Shown piece after piece: positions 25,139-36,762 of a stretch of DNA of 64,000 nucleotides. Numbering within the stretch: position 1 is the first letter of the stretch; every line of letters starts with the position of its first letter. Source of the stretch: Neoechinorhynchus agilis (taxonomy: Eukaryota > Animalia > Acanthocephala); NCBI GenBank assembly GCA_051530055.1, contig CM121341.1, positions 10,766,784 through 10,830,783 of the forward strand, in the 5' to 3' direction. The position numbers and the translations under genes are program-made. The notes under the pieces were generated by a model that worked only from the letters and a program-made list of their open reading frames with translations, made no database searches and was not told where the DNA came from.

Positions 25139-25966
25139 TTGGCGGTGCTAATGATTTTCTTGGAAGTTGAAGGAATGAAACTATTTGAGGAGCTTCTTCG
25201 TAGTAAAAATATTAGGTATAAAAATATATCAAGGAAAGTGTCAGTTTTGGTGCTAAACCCACCGCCGAATATGTCGAAAGATGAGTTTATATTATTCCAA
25301 AACACTTTTGGTATTGTGCCAATTAAATATTTGAAAAGGAGTCCTTCTTCGGAGCCTTATTCCTTACTTGTATCGGGCTCGCAGGATGAGGTAGACAAGG
25401 TCCAGGAAAGATATTTTGGTTCTATGGCATATTGGATTAATTTCGTATCCCGCCAGTCGGAGTCGATTTATGATTACGTTTTAACTCAATGCACAAATTG
25501 CTGCAAATGGGGGCATACAAGTTTCCAATGTGCCAGTCAGGCTAAATGTATGAGATGTGGTGGCCCTCACAACACAATTAATTGCAGTACTTTGGGTTCA
25601 GTTAAATGTGCAAGTTGTTTAGGAAATCATGAGGCATATAGGCGTACATGTACGGCAACGGTTAGTTACTGGAGAATGGCGAAGCCAGGTGATTATAATA
25701 GTTGGTTTAAACGGAAGGTGGAAAAGGTGGATGGTAGTAATATGGGGGAAAATGGTCTTCAAGGAGAGGATAAGCTTAGGAGAAATAGTTTTCAGGTAGA
25801 AGATGAGGTTAAGGAGGAGTTAGAAATACTTAAAGAGAGGGTGGATAATTTAAATAAAAAACTCGAGGAGAAGGATAAAATAATTTGTGATTTATTAAAT
25901 ATGGTTGCTTTGGTCAAGAAGACGGAAAATAGTAAGCAGGTGGACGAGGTAATTAAACAGGTATAG
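25139..25966 (+). CDS. LINE ORF1 (gag-like, triple CCHC)
   Basis: Triple Cys/His knuckle followed by a coiled coil (EVKEELEILKERVDNLNKKLEEKD). Confidence 0.9.
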   Translation: MAVLMIFLEVEGMKLFEELLRSKNIRYKNISRKVSVLVLNPPPNMSKDEFILFQNTFGIVPIKYLKRSPSSEPYSLLVSGSQDEVDKVQERYFGSMAYWINFVSRQSESIYDYVLTQCTNCCKWGHTSFQCASQAKCMRCGGPHNTINCSTLGSVKCASCLGNHEAYRRTCTATVSYWRMAKPGDYNSWFKRKVEKVDGSNMGENGLQGEDKLRRNSFQVEDEVKEELEILKERVDNLNKKLEEKDKIICDLLNMVALVKKTENSKQVDEVIKQV

Positions 25967-27448
25967 GAGAAATTGATGATGGGTAAGAGGTGGTCATCAG
26001 GTGAAAAAGAGGATGAACCTGATAATAAGGAGGATGGGTTGTCATCGCATGGCCCGATTAGAAAGATGGGTAGGCATGTTAATGGTCGGCATAAAGGTCG
26101 TTGTCGCTAAATATTTTAAAATGTTTAATGTTAATGATAATTTACTTACTTGTATGACGAATAATTTTATATTAATTTCTTATAATGTATCTATAGCCTT
26201 GGTTTTGTCAGAGAATATTTGTTTAGCGGGTCGACTAGATGATGCGGACGTTATTTGCTTTCAAGAAACGGGAAATATGAATCTTGTTATTAGAGGCGAT
26301 ATGATATCATTTACATCAATGCCCAGCGGAGGTTTAGTAATCCATAATAATATTGTTTTCTCAGGTGGACTACAGTCTTATGTTCATAAGAGATTTAGAC
26401 CTGAGCTTTTATTTCAGGTAAAGCACGAGTATTTTGCGGTCCAATTAATAGTGATCGAGGGTATGGGTGATTCATATCGTCTTAGTGGTAGATGGATTAT
26501 GGCTAATTTCTATGTTGCGCCAAGAAGACTTACATGGTCTAAGAATAACAGAGAGGAGTGGTTTAAGACATGGGATCCAGACATTATTGTGGGTGACTTA
26601 AACTCCAACGGGTTGAGTGGTTTCTCACATTGGGAAGAAGAGTACATTTTTCACCTCACTCCTTTCCCATGGCTTCATAATTTTACAAAATCTGTACATT
26701 CTTTTTTGGACGTTATATGTAAAAAAGAGTTAAATATTCAGGTGAGAGTGTTGGGGCAGTTTCTTGAACAACTTAGGATGGGACTCGATTTGATTATATT
26801 TGAGTTGGGAATTATGGATCTTAAATCAAGAGTCGTTTGGAATGTTTCGATCAGGTTAGTTAATTTTAACAATTGCTTGCGGGCTGATATCTGCAAATTT
26901 TCGACTGTAAAATTGGAAAATTTAAATAAGATGATATCTGTAGCAACTTCGAGGAATTTAGTAATTTTTCGCACATAAGGCGGCACAGACCGTCGAAAAC
27001 GGCGCGTTCATTTTATCGTAATGCAAGAATTGCAGAGGCAGGGGGTAATGAAGGTTTGTGGGGTCGGTGAATGATTCGTTTTTACAAAGAAATATTTATT
27101 GAAAGTATTAGGAGAGGTAAACTGATAATAAGTGAGACTAGAGCCTTTTCTAAGAATTTCTGGAGTAAACGACTTGTCGGTATCACCGAAGATTTTCGAT
27201 TTAGTTGGTAAAGATGTAAAGATCGAGATATTGAAGCGTATGCCTAATCGTGTAAATTTTGAGGACTTATGCAAGCTTAATATAGTGAGGAAGTTAATCA
27301 TACCTAAAGTTAAATCTTTAAATTTTAGTCAATCCCTTTCTTGTCCGGCTTATTTATTTAGGCATAAAGCCAAACCAAATACATCAGAGAAGTGATATAA
27401 CCACATAGTCTCTAATGTCGGTTAAGAGTTTGTGCATTCCTCCGGATC

Positions 27449-27513
27449 CTCAGATACCTCCAGGAGGCGGAACTCATCAGTGAGTTTCCTCCCTTCGGCG
27501 GTATTTCGTCCCC
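27449..27513 (-). ncRNA. Putative non-circularly permuted hammerhead ribozyme, copy 1
   Basis: Minus strand GGGGAC-GAAA-TACC...CTCA-CTGATGA-GTTCC...GGTA-TC-TGAG; all three stems can form (see findings). Confidence 0.7.
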
Positions 27514-27529
27514 TTTGGCTGTGCGTCAT

Positions 27530-27609
27530 TGGTGGTAACGGATTCGAACCACTTGACCCCTAATCGGGATCACGGGCATTAGTCCACTTGACCACCTCGA
27601 CACAACTAC
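27530..27609 (-). ncRNA. tRNA-like (SINE-head/pseudo-tRNA) segment, copy 1
   Basis: GTAGTTGTGTCGAGGTGGTCAAG resembles a Ser/Leu tRNA 5' half with an A box; B box GGTTCGAATCC; ends ACCACCA. The anticodon arm does not fold canonically. Confidence 0.7.
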
Positions 27610-29169
27610 GAAATGTCAAACTCAGCCAGTTTATCGACTCAGGGTGAGCGCTGTGTTCTTTTTTAAGTTTTACTGGCAAGCCGGTATTGTTATCATCATT
27701 AAATTAAACTTAAAATACCTAAAGTTAAAGGAAAGATTTAATCTCCGAGTGATATTAGGTTTATATCGATTCAAAACCCCATCATTTTTCTTGTGGAGAA
27801 AGTAATAAACGATGAATTAATGGGGATTCTCAGTAGAAGGGATCTTATTCCGAAATGTTTTCATGGTTTTGTACCGGGAAAGGGAGCGGGAACACTAATT
27901 AATGAGTAATGTATTTTACAGAAATCGGTGCTTAAGGTTTATAAGGTTTTATTGCAGGTTGATGTTAATAAGGCGTTCTGCACTATTAGCAGGAATTTTA
28001 TATATAAGACTTTTTAGGCTTGAAGCTCCCCAAGAAGCTTCTTGGTCGTATTCAGTTTTTAATGGAATCAAAGGCATATTTTTTAGAGGTTGATCCGTTG
28101 AAAAGTCTTTTTTATTCTAAGTTAGGGGTTCCGCAGGGTTCACCGTCGTCCCGACATTATTTTTAATTGGCATGATTGGTATTATTAGGAAATTGAAGAA
28201 GTTATCCAGAGTGAGAATTTTATTCTACGCCGATGATATTTTCTTTTTTATTTTTCATAAGAAGAAGAAGGAATTATATGTCGCATAGTGAATTCCGTAC
28301 TATATAAACTTGACAAGTGCTTAGAGGATGCGAATTTAAGCACTAATAGAAGAAAAACAACGCTTGTCCCTTTGACTGATTCCAATGTGGCTCATAAGCA
28401 GTTATATGCTAAATTTTTAGAGGATCCGCGCACTCAAATGATGAAGGTTTTAAGATGTTCTAAAGTGCTTGGGATAAACTTTCCTTCTACTAGAAGAAGA
28501 GTTGTCTTGAACTCGGCTCTCGGATCTACATTTCTCAAAGTTGCAGCAATTGTGAGGAGGATCAGGTGGTTGGGTGTGATGATATGTCATCCTGTGGAAA
28601 TTATGAAGACGATTATGGCTGGCTCATTCTGTTTTTTTGGGAGAGGAATGCCGCCCGAGTTGCGGATTGATTTTGGCGTCTGGCTTATCAAACGAGTATG
28701 GAAAGTTTTGAAAAATTTGGAAATTTCAATAAGAGAATTGGTGGAATCGTTTTTATGGCGTATTTTTATAACAAAGATTTGGAATTACCCACACGAGAAC
28801 TGGAAAAGATGTTCTATAAATGATGAACATACGTTCAACGAGATTGTGAGGCGGCTGAAAAGACGAGACAGGGAGAAAGTGGATTCTTGGAAAAAGGAGA
28901 ACGGACTCTGAATTTATATTGTGAAAGCCATTTGTTAATTAGTCCTTTTGTTATTTTATAAGATGTACTTATTTTATCCGTAATCATACACGTACTCCCC
29001 CAATATTTTTTGTTATTGGGCTGCTACAGGGAGGGGAGTCCTGTCTAAAAAGGCTTCTGAGTATGCCAAATTATCCCGCGGGGAATAATTCTTTTGTTAT
29101 GTCAATTTGGTTACTTCCTTCCTGATGTCGAGGCTCAGAGATCAGCAATTTATTGAATCAGGAGTGGGG

Positions 29170-29548
29170 GTAACACCGGGAACGGTATTAGACAAGGGAA
29201 CATGGAGTAGACGAAAATGGTGGATGAGTATTGTTTGTGTCCGATCGGCAGCAACGAGAGACTAATGTTCGTGAACATACCACTTCAATCAACCTGTTCA
29301 TCAGTACCACTTACCCACCTTACGGCCATCTCAGCATAAGGCGAAAATAGCCGGATTGGTTCGATGAGAATGACGCAGAAATTAAACGTCTCATAGATCG
29401 GAGAAGAAAACGAAAACGGCCTTAGAAAACGATCGCCGCTAAACCATCAAACAAATGGAGTTCCGAAAAGCGAAAGCACTCGCGTAAAAGCGCATTCGCC
29501 AAATTCAAAACGATTGGTGGATTGGCAAATCCAGAGAACTCCAACGGT
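29170..29548 (+). mobile_element. RTE LINE ORF2 fragment (mirror copy ~36636-37014, -)
   Basis: GKHGVDENG, PDWFDENDAEIKRLID and KRIRQIQNDWWIGKSRELQ are RTE-type motifs. It truncates ORF X copy a2, whose last ~40 aa are antisense RTE sequence. Confidence 0.75.
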
Positions 29549-29970
29549 TTCTCGTCATTATTTTCGTTAATGCGATTTGCGCTCCGATCGCAGTAGTCGT
29601 TAACGTATTTTGTAATAATATCGGCATTTTTATTACCTTCCGCCGTACCGAGTATTCTAGAATTGTGAGCAACTTCAAGGAGATAATGCATGCAAAGTTC
29701 CTCCTTTTTCAAAAGATCGACGAATATACCCTTATAAAACTGCAAACAAAGTCCAATGAGACTGGAATTCACGAATCCATTGAAGACTCTTGGCTCAAAA
29801 TTGTTTTGTTGATTCGCTTGGATTTTGTAATTAAATTGTGGCATCGCTTGAAATGAATATTGTTGATCACAAGGATGGAAGTATGGTCTTGGATGAGTAA
29901 GGACCTCCGGCATCGTAACGTTTGTCATTGAAGGCGGATATAGCACCAAACAAGGATTACAAAAGTGCAT
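29422..29970 (-). CDS. ORF X copy a2 (C-terminus from antisense RTE)
   Basis: Matches a1 to ..ENNDE, then diverges at the RTE junction (~29548). Confidence 0.4.
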   Translation of the reverse strand: MHFCNPCLVLYPPSMTNVTMPEVLTHPRPYFHPCDQQYSFQAMPQFNYKIQANQQNNFEPRVFNGFVNSSLIGLCLQFYKGIFVDLLKKEELCMHYLLEVAHNSRILGTAEGNKNADIITKYVNDYCDRSANRINENNDEKPLEFSGFANPPIVLNLANALLRECFRFSELHLFDGLAAIVF

Positions 29971-30599
29971 CGGCGAGGGATTGTGAGTCTAAGAACCCAT
30001 CAACCGGGAAAATAGGCGGAACATAAACAAATAATTAGAGCGTAACATTGAATTGTTTTGTAAACAACTCGATTTGTTTTCCGGCAAATTACGGTATTTA
30101 TCAGCAAATGTCCGTATTCGAGTGAACCCAAAGAATTAGTTGGCCATTCTAAAGCGCTGTTTTAATTAAAAAAGCAAAAGATATGTGCAGGGGATTGGCT
30201 TCGGTATTTTTCACGAGAAATAAAGTTAATTCCAAATCCCAGCAGTCTACGAGATTTCTAACAGCAAATTCTATAACCGATTTAAATCGGATTTCATCAA
30301 AACTTAAACTTTGGTCACTACGTTGCGTCCTAACGAATTGGATTTTAGACGTCTAGCGTTGCTAATAAAATTTATAATTGCAATAGCTTGATTACTTAGT
30401 CACGAAAATTGACATTGAACTGAATCCTGCGAGATCACTCTGCACCTGTTACATTTTCTAGGAAGCTCTATTTTTGACTCAAATGTGGAAAATGAGATTG
30501 CCAATCTTCAACTCCAAGTTTCGGTGCTGTGTGAACGAACTAATGAATTATCCTAACACGAGGCTCTGCTCTTGATGCAAACATAAGATTTATTTGAAG

Positions 30600-33560
30600 G
30601 AAAACATTTTTATGATTAACCGACATAATTTATGTGTAGGAATAATTATAATTCGGTAGTAATAAAGTTATATCATCGCTGTCCATTTAAGCGCTTGTTT
30701 CCAGGAGTAAGGGAGTTTGCCCAGAGTCTCACGGGAAAGTGATAATGTACTTTAATCGTTATTCGGGTGTCTTCTTCTAGAGTAAAAAACTAGGCCCGAG
30801 ATTGCCCAAGAGTTCCAAATGATTTTGGTATCATGATAGCAGAGTCCAAGTTTAAGAGCTCTTCTTGAAATCCATATCCACTAATTGGCCATTGAGGTCA
30901 CTTACAAGTTTTGTCCTTCATCCTCCGACCAATCACTCAGACACAACGATCGGCCATAGTTCTCCAAACCTCGACTGGATTCTGAATGATTTCTCGGTGA
31001 ATCTACTGAAGATGGTTGATCGGAGAATCGCAACTACCATCCGCAATTTGGAAACACGCATTCTGAAGCATTTGAGTCTCCTCAGCTCAACCATTCAACA
31101 GAGTTTTAATCGAATGAATCAAGCATCGATCGAAGGTACACCTTCAGTTGCCAAAAGACCTATGGATCAATCGTCCGAATCTGTTGGTTTAACCGAAGTA
31201 GTCGACATGAACGATGACGATATCTTCGTGCGACAAATAATCGATGAGCAGGGAAAAATTTGCGCCGAGGGTATCTCGGACTTAATCAAAAGGAGGAGAC
31301 CTGTCTTATGACAGAACTAAGGTTGGTGCAGTGGAACGCAGGCGGTCGATCTGGTTTGCTCAATATAGCCCCATAATGCCCCGAGATAATCTTCATTCAA
31401 TAATCCAAATGCGTCTATCGCTCGTTCGATTTGCCCGAATCTATCGCTCAGCTCGGCTCGAATTTCTCCACATTCATTACTCCTCCATCTAAGTTGCTTT
31501 CCCAGGGCCTTTTGTCAATCTTCAGAACCAATCTTTTTCCGGTTATTATGAGTATCCGGTTATTATCAGTAACTATGTCTATGTTCGACCTAGGAAAATC
31601 CACCTTAGAGATATCAAAGAAGTACTGAATGGGCTATTGCTCTCGGGGGCTGATCTTTTATTCGGGGATTTTAATGACCCCTCTGGGAAGTGGATTCGAG
31701 CGGTCTCGCGTACCACAGATCACCACGAGCTTATTTGCCCTCTTTTTCCAACTTTCTCTCATGCCAGCGATAGTTTATACTTAGATTTATGCATTGCAAA
31801 GAAAGGCTTGCATCTGAGGCCAGTAGTTTCCTCACAAAGCTCTTTTTTCAAGATTTGTGGGCATGATGCGGTTCTATGTAACCTCTCTAAAAACACCCTA
31901 CTGAGGAGGAAATTCAAATTAGATGCGCATAATATTCAATTCTTTAATTTGGCTACTATGATATTTCTAAAAGGCGGGCAATCATTATCTCATTACGAAA
32001 TAAACGATCACCTAGCGGAAGCAAGTTACGCGTTCATGCCGGACTCGATTTCAGCTGGCTTGCGATTTCCGTAGGATTAGTACCTTGGCTCCCTACTGCT
32101 CCCAATGGTGGCCAATTGCAGCCAAGAAAAGTTTCGTCCCCTGGAAGAGGGCGGCTGGCGCCTGGATTAAGGATGCTGGACTCTCCAAAGTGGTGTCGGA
32201 GTTATGCAGGCAACATTCTGTTGGCTCTTCGAACACACCAGTACATCCAGAATTCTTGCCCATCCAACGCCGTAGAGTGAATCTTTCTGCCAATCAAATA
32301 TTAATTCAGCTTCCTTTAAGGCCACAAACGTTTTATCCGAGGACAGCGTTGTCAGTGTAGCAAAAACCCTGGTATGAGTACCGCCACAACAGTGGTCGTC
32401 GATTAACCTTGCCAAACGCATTTTCCAGGTTAAAAATAAACGTCGAAAGATTACATTTGCCGATGATTTTAGGCCGATTTCTATACAAAATTCCTTAGTC
32501 TCGATTTACGAGGGAGCCCTTGCCCGATATCTATTGGACTTTGCGATGGAGCACAATTGCATTGACTCACGCTGCCACGGTTTCCTTCCAGGGAAATCGC
32601 TACACTCAGCAATCAGGGAGATAGCCAATCATTTTTACAACAATCAATTATCAACTAATCTATTGATTTCGTTTGATATTTCCCGGGCGTTTGACAACCT
32701 CCATATCGAGTTTATTATATATATTCTTAGGTTTTTTTGCTCGCCTTACAGTATTATTGCTCGGATCTCTAACACACTGCTGTCCAAATCGTTCTTCTTT
32801 CAGGATGATCCCGAGAATAAAATATATTATACAACCAAAGGTGTTCCACAGGGATCCCCTCTGTCGCCTATTTTATTTTGCCTCGCCAACCAGTTTATCA
32901 TTCAGAACTGTAGGGTTTGCCAGAATATCTCGACTTACGCCGATGATTTGACAGCGGTCATCAAGGAAATCAATTACGTTAGAGCAAAAAACGCCTTCTC
33001 GATCTCCTATCTTTCCTAGATTCCACGCTTCCTTTGATGGGATCGGAACTAAATCCTAGGAAGACCCAGTTCATAACTAGAACTAGGTGACGGAGGGACA
33101 AACTGAAGCTATTAGAGGCTTTCAATACCCTTTTTGATATTAATACCGGCAAAGTCTCTACTAAGCTGACTATTCTGGGCTACACTTTTACTTCAAAGTT
33201 CTCGGCCACTCATGATCTTGCAAAATTAAAAAAAATAATAAGAATCGCCAACGTCAAGGCTACAAAATCCCAACAGTTAGGCATTCCAATCAAATGTTCA
33301 CGTACTATTTGGAATTCCTGGGCTATATCGGGCCTCGTTTTTTTACTAGCGCGGCCGTCCTCCTGACCAACGCCTAGTGTTCCGTAACACCTTCCATAAA
33401 GCTCTCGCAAATCTTCCTTACCCGTGGGCGCATACACCCGATTGGTCCGACAAGACTTACCGCTGGATCAACATAGACCGGACCTGATCGGAGCAACCTA
33501 ATTTAATCAAGTCATTCACGCTTATACCTTGTGGCTCCTTGAAATGAATAAAAAAAATTC
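30600..33560 (+). mobile_element. LINE family B (ORF1, APE, RT, 3' A-rich tail), degenerate
   Basis: LVQWNAGG (~31320), GDFN, FRPISIQN, CHGFLPGKS, ISFDISRAFD, GVPQGSPLSP, TYADD, ILGYTF; AATAAAAAAAA at ~33547. The 5' boundary is uncertain. Confidence 0.85.
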
Positions 33561-34315
33561 AACAAGGTAGTCAGGAGATCACGACATGTGGAAAAATATG
33601 TCAGCGGCACTTCCGACTTCATAGAAATGCTGGATAAAGTTCTGTCTAGCAAGCTTTGTTATCTACAAGATAGTAAGCAAACCTCTGTTGATGGATTGGA
33701 GTAGGATTGGAAGGTGGCTCCACTGCAGGTGCACGGAAATGATTTGACCTTTAAGCTCATAGGAACGGTCCTCAACAAGGGTCCCGCTGGGGATCCAAAT
33801 TACACAGTTATCACACTATTCGGTCATATCCTCCTCAGGTTGTTCCCAGAGATGGGAGATAAATTCTCTAAGTATGGCGGATCAAACATTTGGCAGTCGC
33901 AGAAGGGTGACAAGGTATGCTTAGACAGAGCTATCAAAATCGAAATACCAAAGAAATTTCCACGGGAACAGGAGAGAGCTGAGAAACTGCTACTAATATT
34001 ACACAAGTCTACAAAAAACAGGAATGAAGATTTTGAACCAGTAGCTAAGCGGTTGAGATCTAGGAACGACTGCGTTAATTCCACACAAGCGATGATTGAA
34101 TGTCGCGATCGCTAACAGGACCGCTCCGTGTGGATGCTTTACAACAAGTGTAAAAGCAGGCTCGAAGTAAAAAACTGACAAAAAATATACCATAGGTTGC
34201 AAACAATTCAAGCCAGAAATAACAATATAATATAAAGTATATAGCGATGTGTTCATCGCGGATGCGGCCGTAGCCGGTAACTAGAACTAGGTGACGGAGG
34301 GACAAACTGAAGCTA

Positions 34316-35880
34316 TTGGAGGCTTTCAATACCTTGGTCCACATCAAAGGCAGGGAAAATACTATGGCAGATGTACTATCACAGTTCAGTTCAGGCAAGG
34401 AAGACGATCTTTTAACCATCGATATAGCTGAAGAGACTCCAAATGAAATATCTGGGGTCTTGACATTGTCACTGGACTCTCCGAAAGCTGCAACAGGAAG
34501 AGATTCAGAATTATGTACGGTGCGAAGATATGTCGAAACAAATTGACCTAACAAGGTCCCCACTTCGTTCCATCCATATGCGAGCCGTAAAGGCGAACTA
34601 TCGGTCGAGGGAGGCATAGTCATGATGTCAAGTCGAATCATCGTTCCTAGTGAATTGCGGAACTCAGTATCATCAGTGTTACACCAAGGTCACCCGGAAA
34701 TCGTGGCGATGAAAAACCTAGAGCAATACTATGTGTGGTGGCCCAAACTAGATGTGGATATTGAAAGCTGCGTTAATCGGTGTGAGAAATGTCAGATGAA
34801 GAGGGCACAGGAACCCCCACACCCTCTTGGAGAATGCAATATTCCGTCCGAAAAATAGGAACGCGTCCATATCGATTTCGCAGGGCCATGCGACTGAATT
34901 TCATATCTTATTCTGGTAAACGTAACAACGAAATGGCTTGAAATCATAGAGATCGACAACAGCAGCAATGGTAATACAAACATTGAGGGAGATATTCGCA
35001 CGTATGGGAGTTCCCGGAGAAATTATTAGTGATAATGGGCCACCATTCACTTCGAGAGTTCCAGAAATTCATGCAAGATAATGGAATTCAAATTTCACGA
35101 GTCACATCTTATCATCCTAAATCTAATGGGCTAGCAGAACGGATGGTACGAACCTTCAAAGAGAGAGTCATCAACGGATATGGAACGACGGACCGACATC
35201 ATTGACTACAAGATTTTCTACTGAGCAAAGATATGCCCGGATTGCACGGGAGGCGTTAGCGTTGGTCTATGGTGTTACAGATTTTAATTTCTATTTAATG
35301 GGTCGCGCTTTCACGTTGATCAGTGACCACAAGCCGTTGCAATATATTTTTGGAGAAAAACGGAATTTGCAGCAGACGACAAATCACCGGGGCTGGATAG
35401 AGAAATCCAAGAACATGTGGGCTGCTGCGCAGAATGTCAGAGATAACAGTCAACAACCATTATTTCCATGAGATATCCCCGCTGGACCATGGAAAAGAAT
35501 TCATTTAGATTTCGCCGGTCCTACTAATGGAATGTTTTTTCTTGTAGCAGTGGATGCATTTCTAAGTGGCCAGAGGTGCGGTTGAAACCAAGTTTCACAA
35601 CACAGATGACCACCAAGTGCTCGAGAGAAGCATTTGCAAGATTTTGAATCCCGGAACGAATCGTGTCCGATAACGGACCTCAATTCGTCTCGAAGGAATT
35701 CCGAACATTTTTTGACGAAAACGGAATTAAACATTGTAGGAGTTCCATAAATCACCCAAAGACGGCCACAACATCTTAACCTGCACAACTTTCTAATGTG
35801 TTACAGGAATACTCCGCATACTATAACTCAGAAGTGCCCTGCTGAAATGATGTTTGGGAGACGCGTAGCGTCCTTAAAGG
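34316..35880 (+). mobile_element. Scrambled Ty3/gypsy pol fragments (RNase H, integrase Zn finger, integrase core), at least two pieces
   Basis: HIKGRENTMADVLS, LHQGHPEIVAMK..YVWWPKLDVDIE..C..C, ERVHIDFAGP, ISDNGP-like, REALALVYGVTDFNFYLMGRAFTLISDHKPL, a second WKRIHLDFAGP and YRNTPHTITQKCPAEMMFGR. Confidence 0.85.
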
Positions 35881-36213
35881 ATAATTTAAAACCGACTGCT
35901 TTCAAGACATCTAACAGGCTAGTTAGAAATCTCGTAGACTACTGGGATTTGAAATTAACTTTATTTCTCGTGAAAAATACCGAAGCCAATCCCCTGCACA
36001 TATCTTTTGCTTTTTTAATTAAAACAGCGCTTTAGAATGGCCAACTAATTCTTTGGGTTCACTCGAATACGGACATTTGCTGATAAATACCGTAATTTGC
36101 CGGAAAACAAATCGAGTTGTTTACAAAACAATTCAATGTTACGCTCTAATTATTTGTTTATGTTCCGCCTATTTTCCCGGTTGATGGGTTCTTAGACTCA
36201 CAATCCCTCGCCG

Positions 36214-36762
36214 ATGCACTTTTGTAATCCTTGTTTGGTGCTATATCCGCCTTCAATGACAAACGTTACGATGCCGGAGGTCCTTACTCATCCAAGACCA
36301 TACTTCCATCCTTGTGATCAACAATATTCATTTCAAGCGATGCCACAATTTAATTACAAAATCCAAGCGAATCAACAAAACAATTTTGAGCCAAGAGTCT
36401 TCAATGGATTCGTGAATTCCAGTCTCATTGGACTTTGTTTGCAGTTTTATAAGGGTATATTCGTCGATCTTTTGAAAAAGGAGGAACTTTGCATGCATTA
36501 TCTCCTTGAAGTTGCTCACAATTCTAGAATACTCGGTACGGCGGAAGGTAATAAAAATGCCGATATTATTACAAAATACGTTAACGACTACTGCGATCGG
36601 AGCGCAAATCGCATTAACGAAAATAATGACGAGAAACCGTTGGAGTTCTCTGGATTTGCCAATCCACCAATCGTTTTGAATTTGGCGAATGCGCTTTTAC
36701 GCGAGTGCTTTCGCTTTTCGGAACTCCATTTGTTTGATGGTTTAGCGGCGATCGTTTTCTAA
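36214..36762 (+). CDS. ORF X copy a2'
   Basis: Protein identical to 29422-29970. Confidence 0.4.
   Translation: MHFCNPCLVLYPPSMTNVTMPEVLTHPRPYFHPCDQQYSFQAMPQFNYKIQANQQNNFEPRVFNGFVNSSLIGLCLQFYKGIFVDLLKKEELCMHYLLEVAHNSRILGTAEGNKNADIITKYVNDYCDRSANRINENNDEKPLEFSGFANPPIVLNLANALLRECFRFSELHLFDGLAAIVF

Larger units (their letters stand above)
27315..27714 (-). mobile_element. 400-bp non-autonomous insertion (tRNA-like head + hammerhead), copy 1, 15-bp TSD
   Basis: ATACCTAAAGTTAAA at 27300-27314 and 27715-27729. Removing the insert and one TSD restores KLIIPKVK-GKI*SPSDIRFISIQNP, collinear with KIFIPKTKGRIFNASHIRVISIQNP at 63 kb. Confidence 0.9.
24830..28990 (+). mobile_element. LINE family A, near full length: ORF1 (3 Zn knuckles) + ORF2 (APE-RT), RT disrupted
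   Basis: ORF1 CTNCCKWGHTSFQC..CMRCGGPHNTINC..CASCLGNHEAYRRTC; APE ISYNV, DVICFQET, DIIVGDLN; RT IRFISIQNP, FHGFVPGKG, GVPQG, ILFYADD. Contains stops, frameshifts and a 400-bp insertion. Ends are approximate. Confidence 0.9.
22753..30269. repeat. Left arm of a ~7.5-kb inverted duplication; right arm ~35915-43400
   Basis: Mirror ORF pairs with constant coordinate sums (~66182-66184): 25139/41043, 27315/38867, 29970/36214. Confidence 0.95.

Noticed and set aside
27530-27609. Functional tRNA gene
   Set aside because: A and B boxes are present, but the acceptor and anticodon stems do not form a consistent cloverleaf; it is treated as a tRNA-derived head.
34530-34900. Stop-codon reassignment (TGA/TAG at expected Trp or Arg positions in gypsy, PLE, SLC22 and ORF X)
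   Set aside because: Both TGA and TAG replace Trp, and TGA also replaces Arg; all are single transitions (TGG>TGA/TAG, CGA>TGA) in decayed sequences. The GRAM and ACYP frames end in TGA at plausible C-termini.
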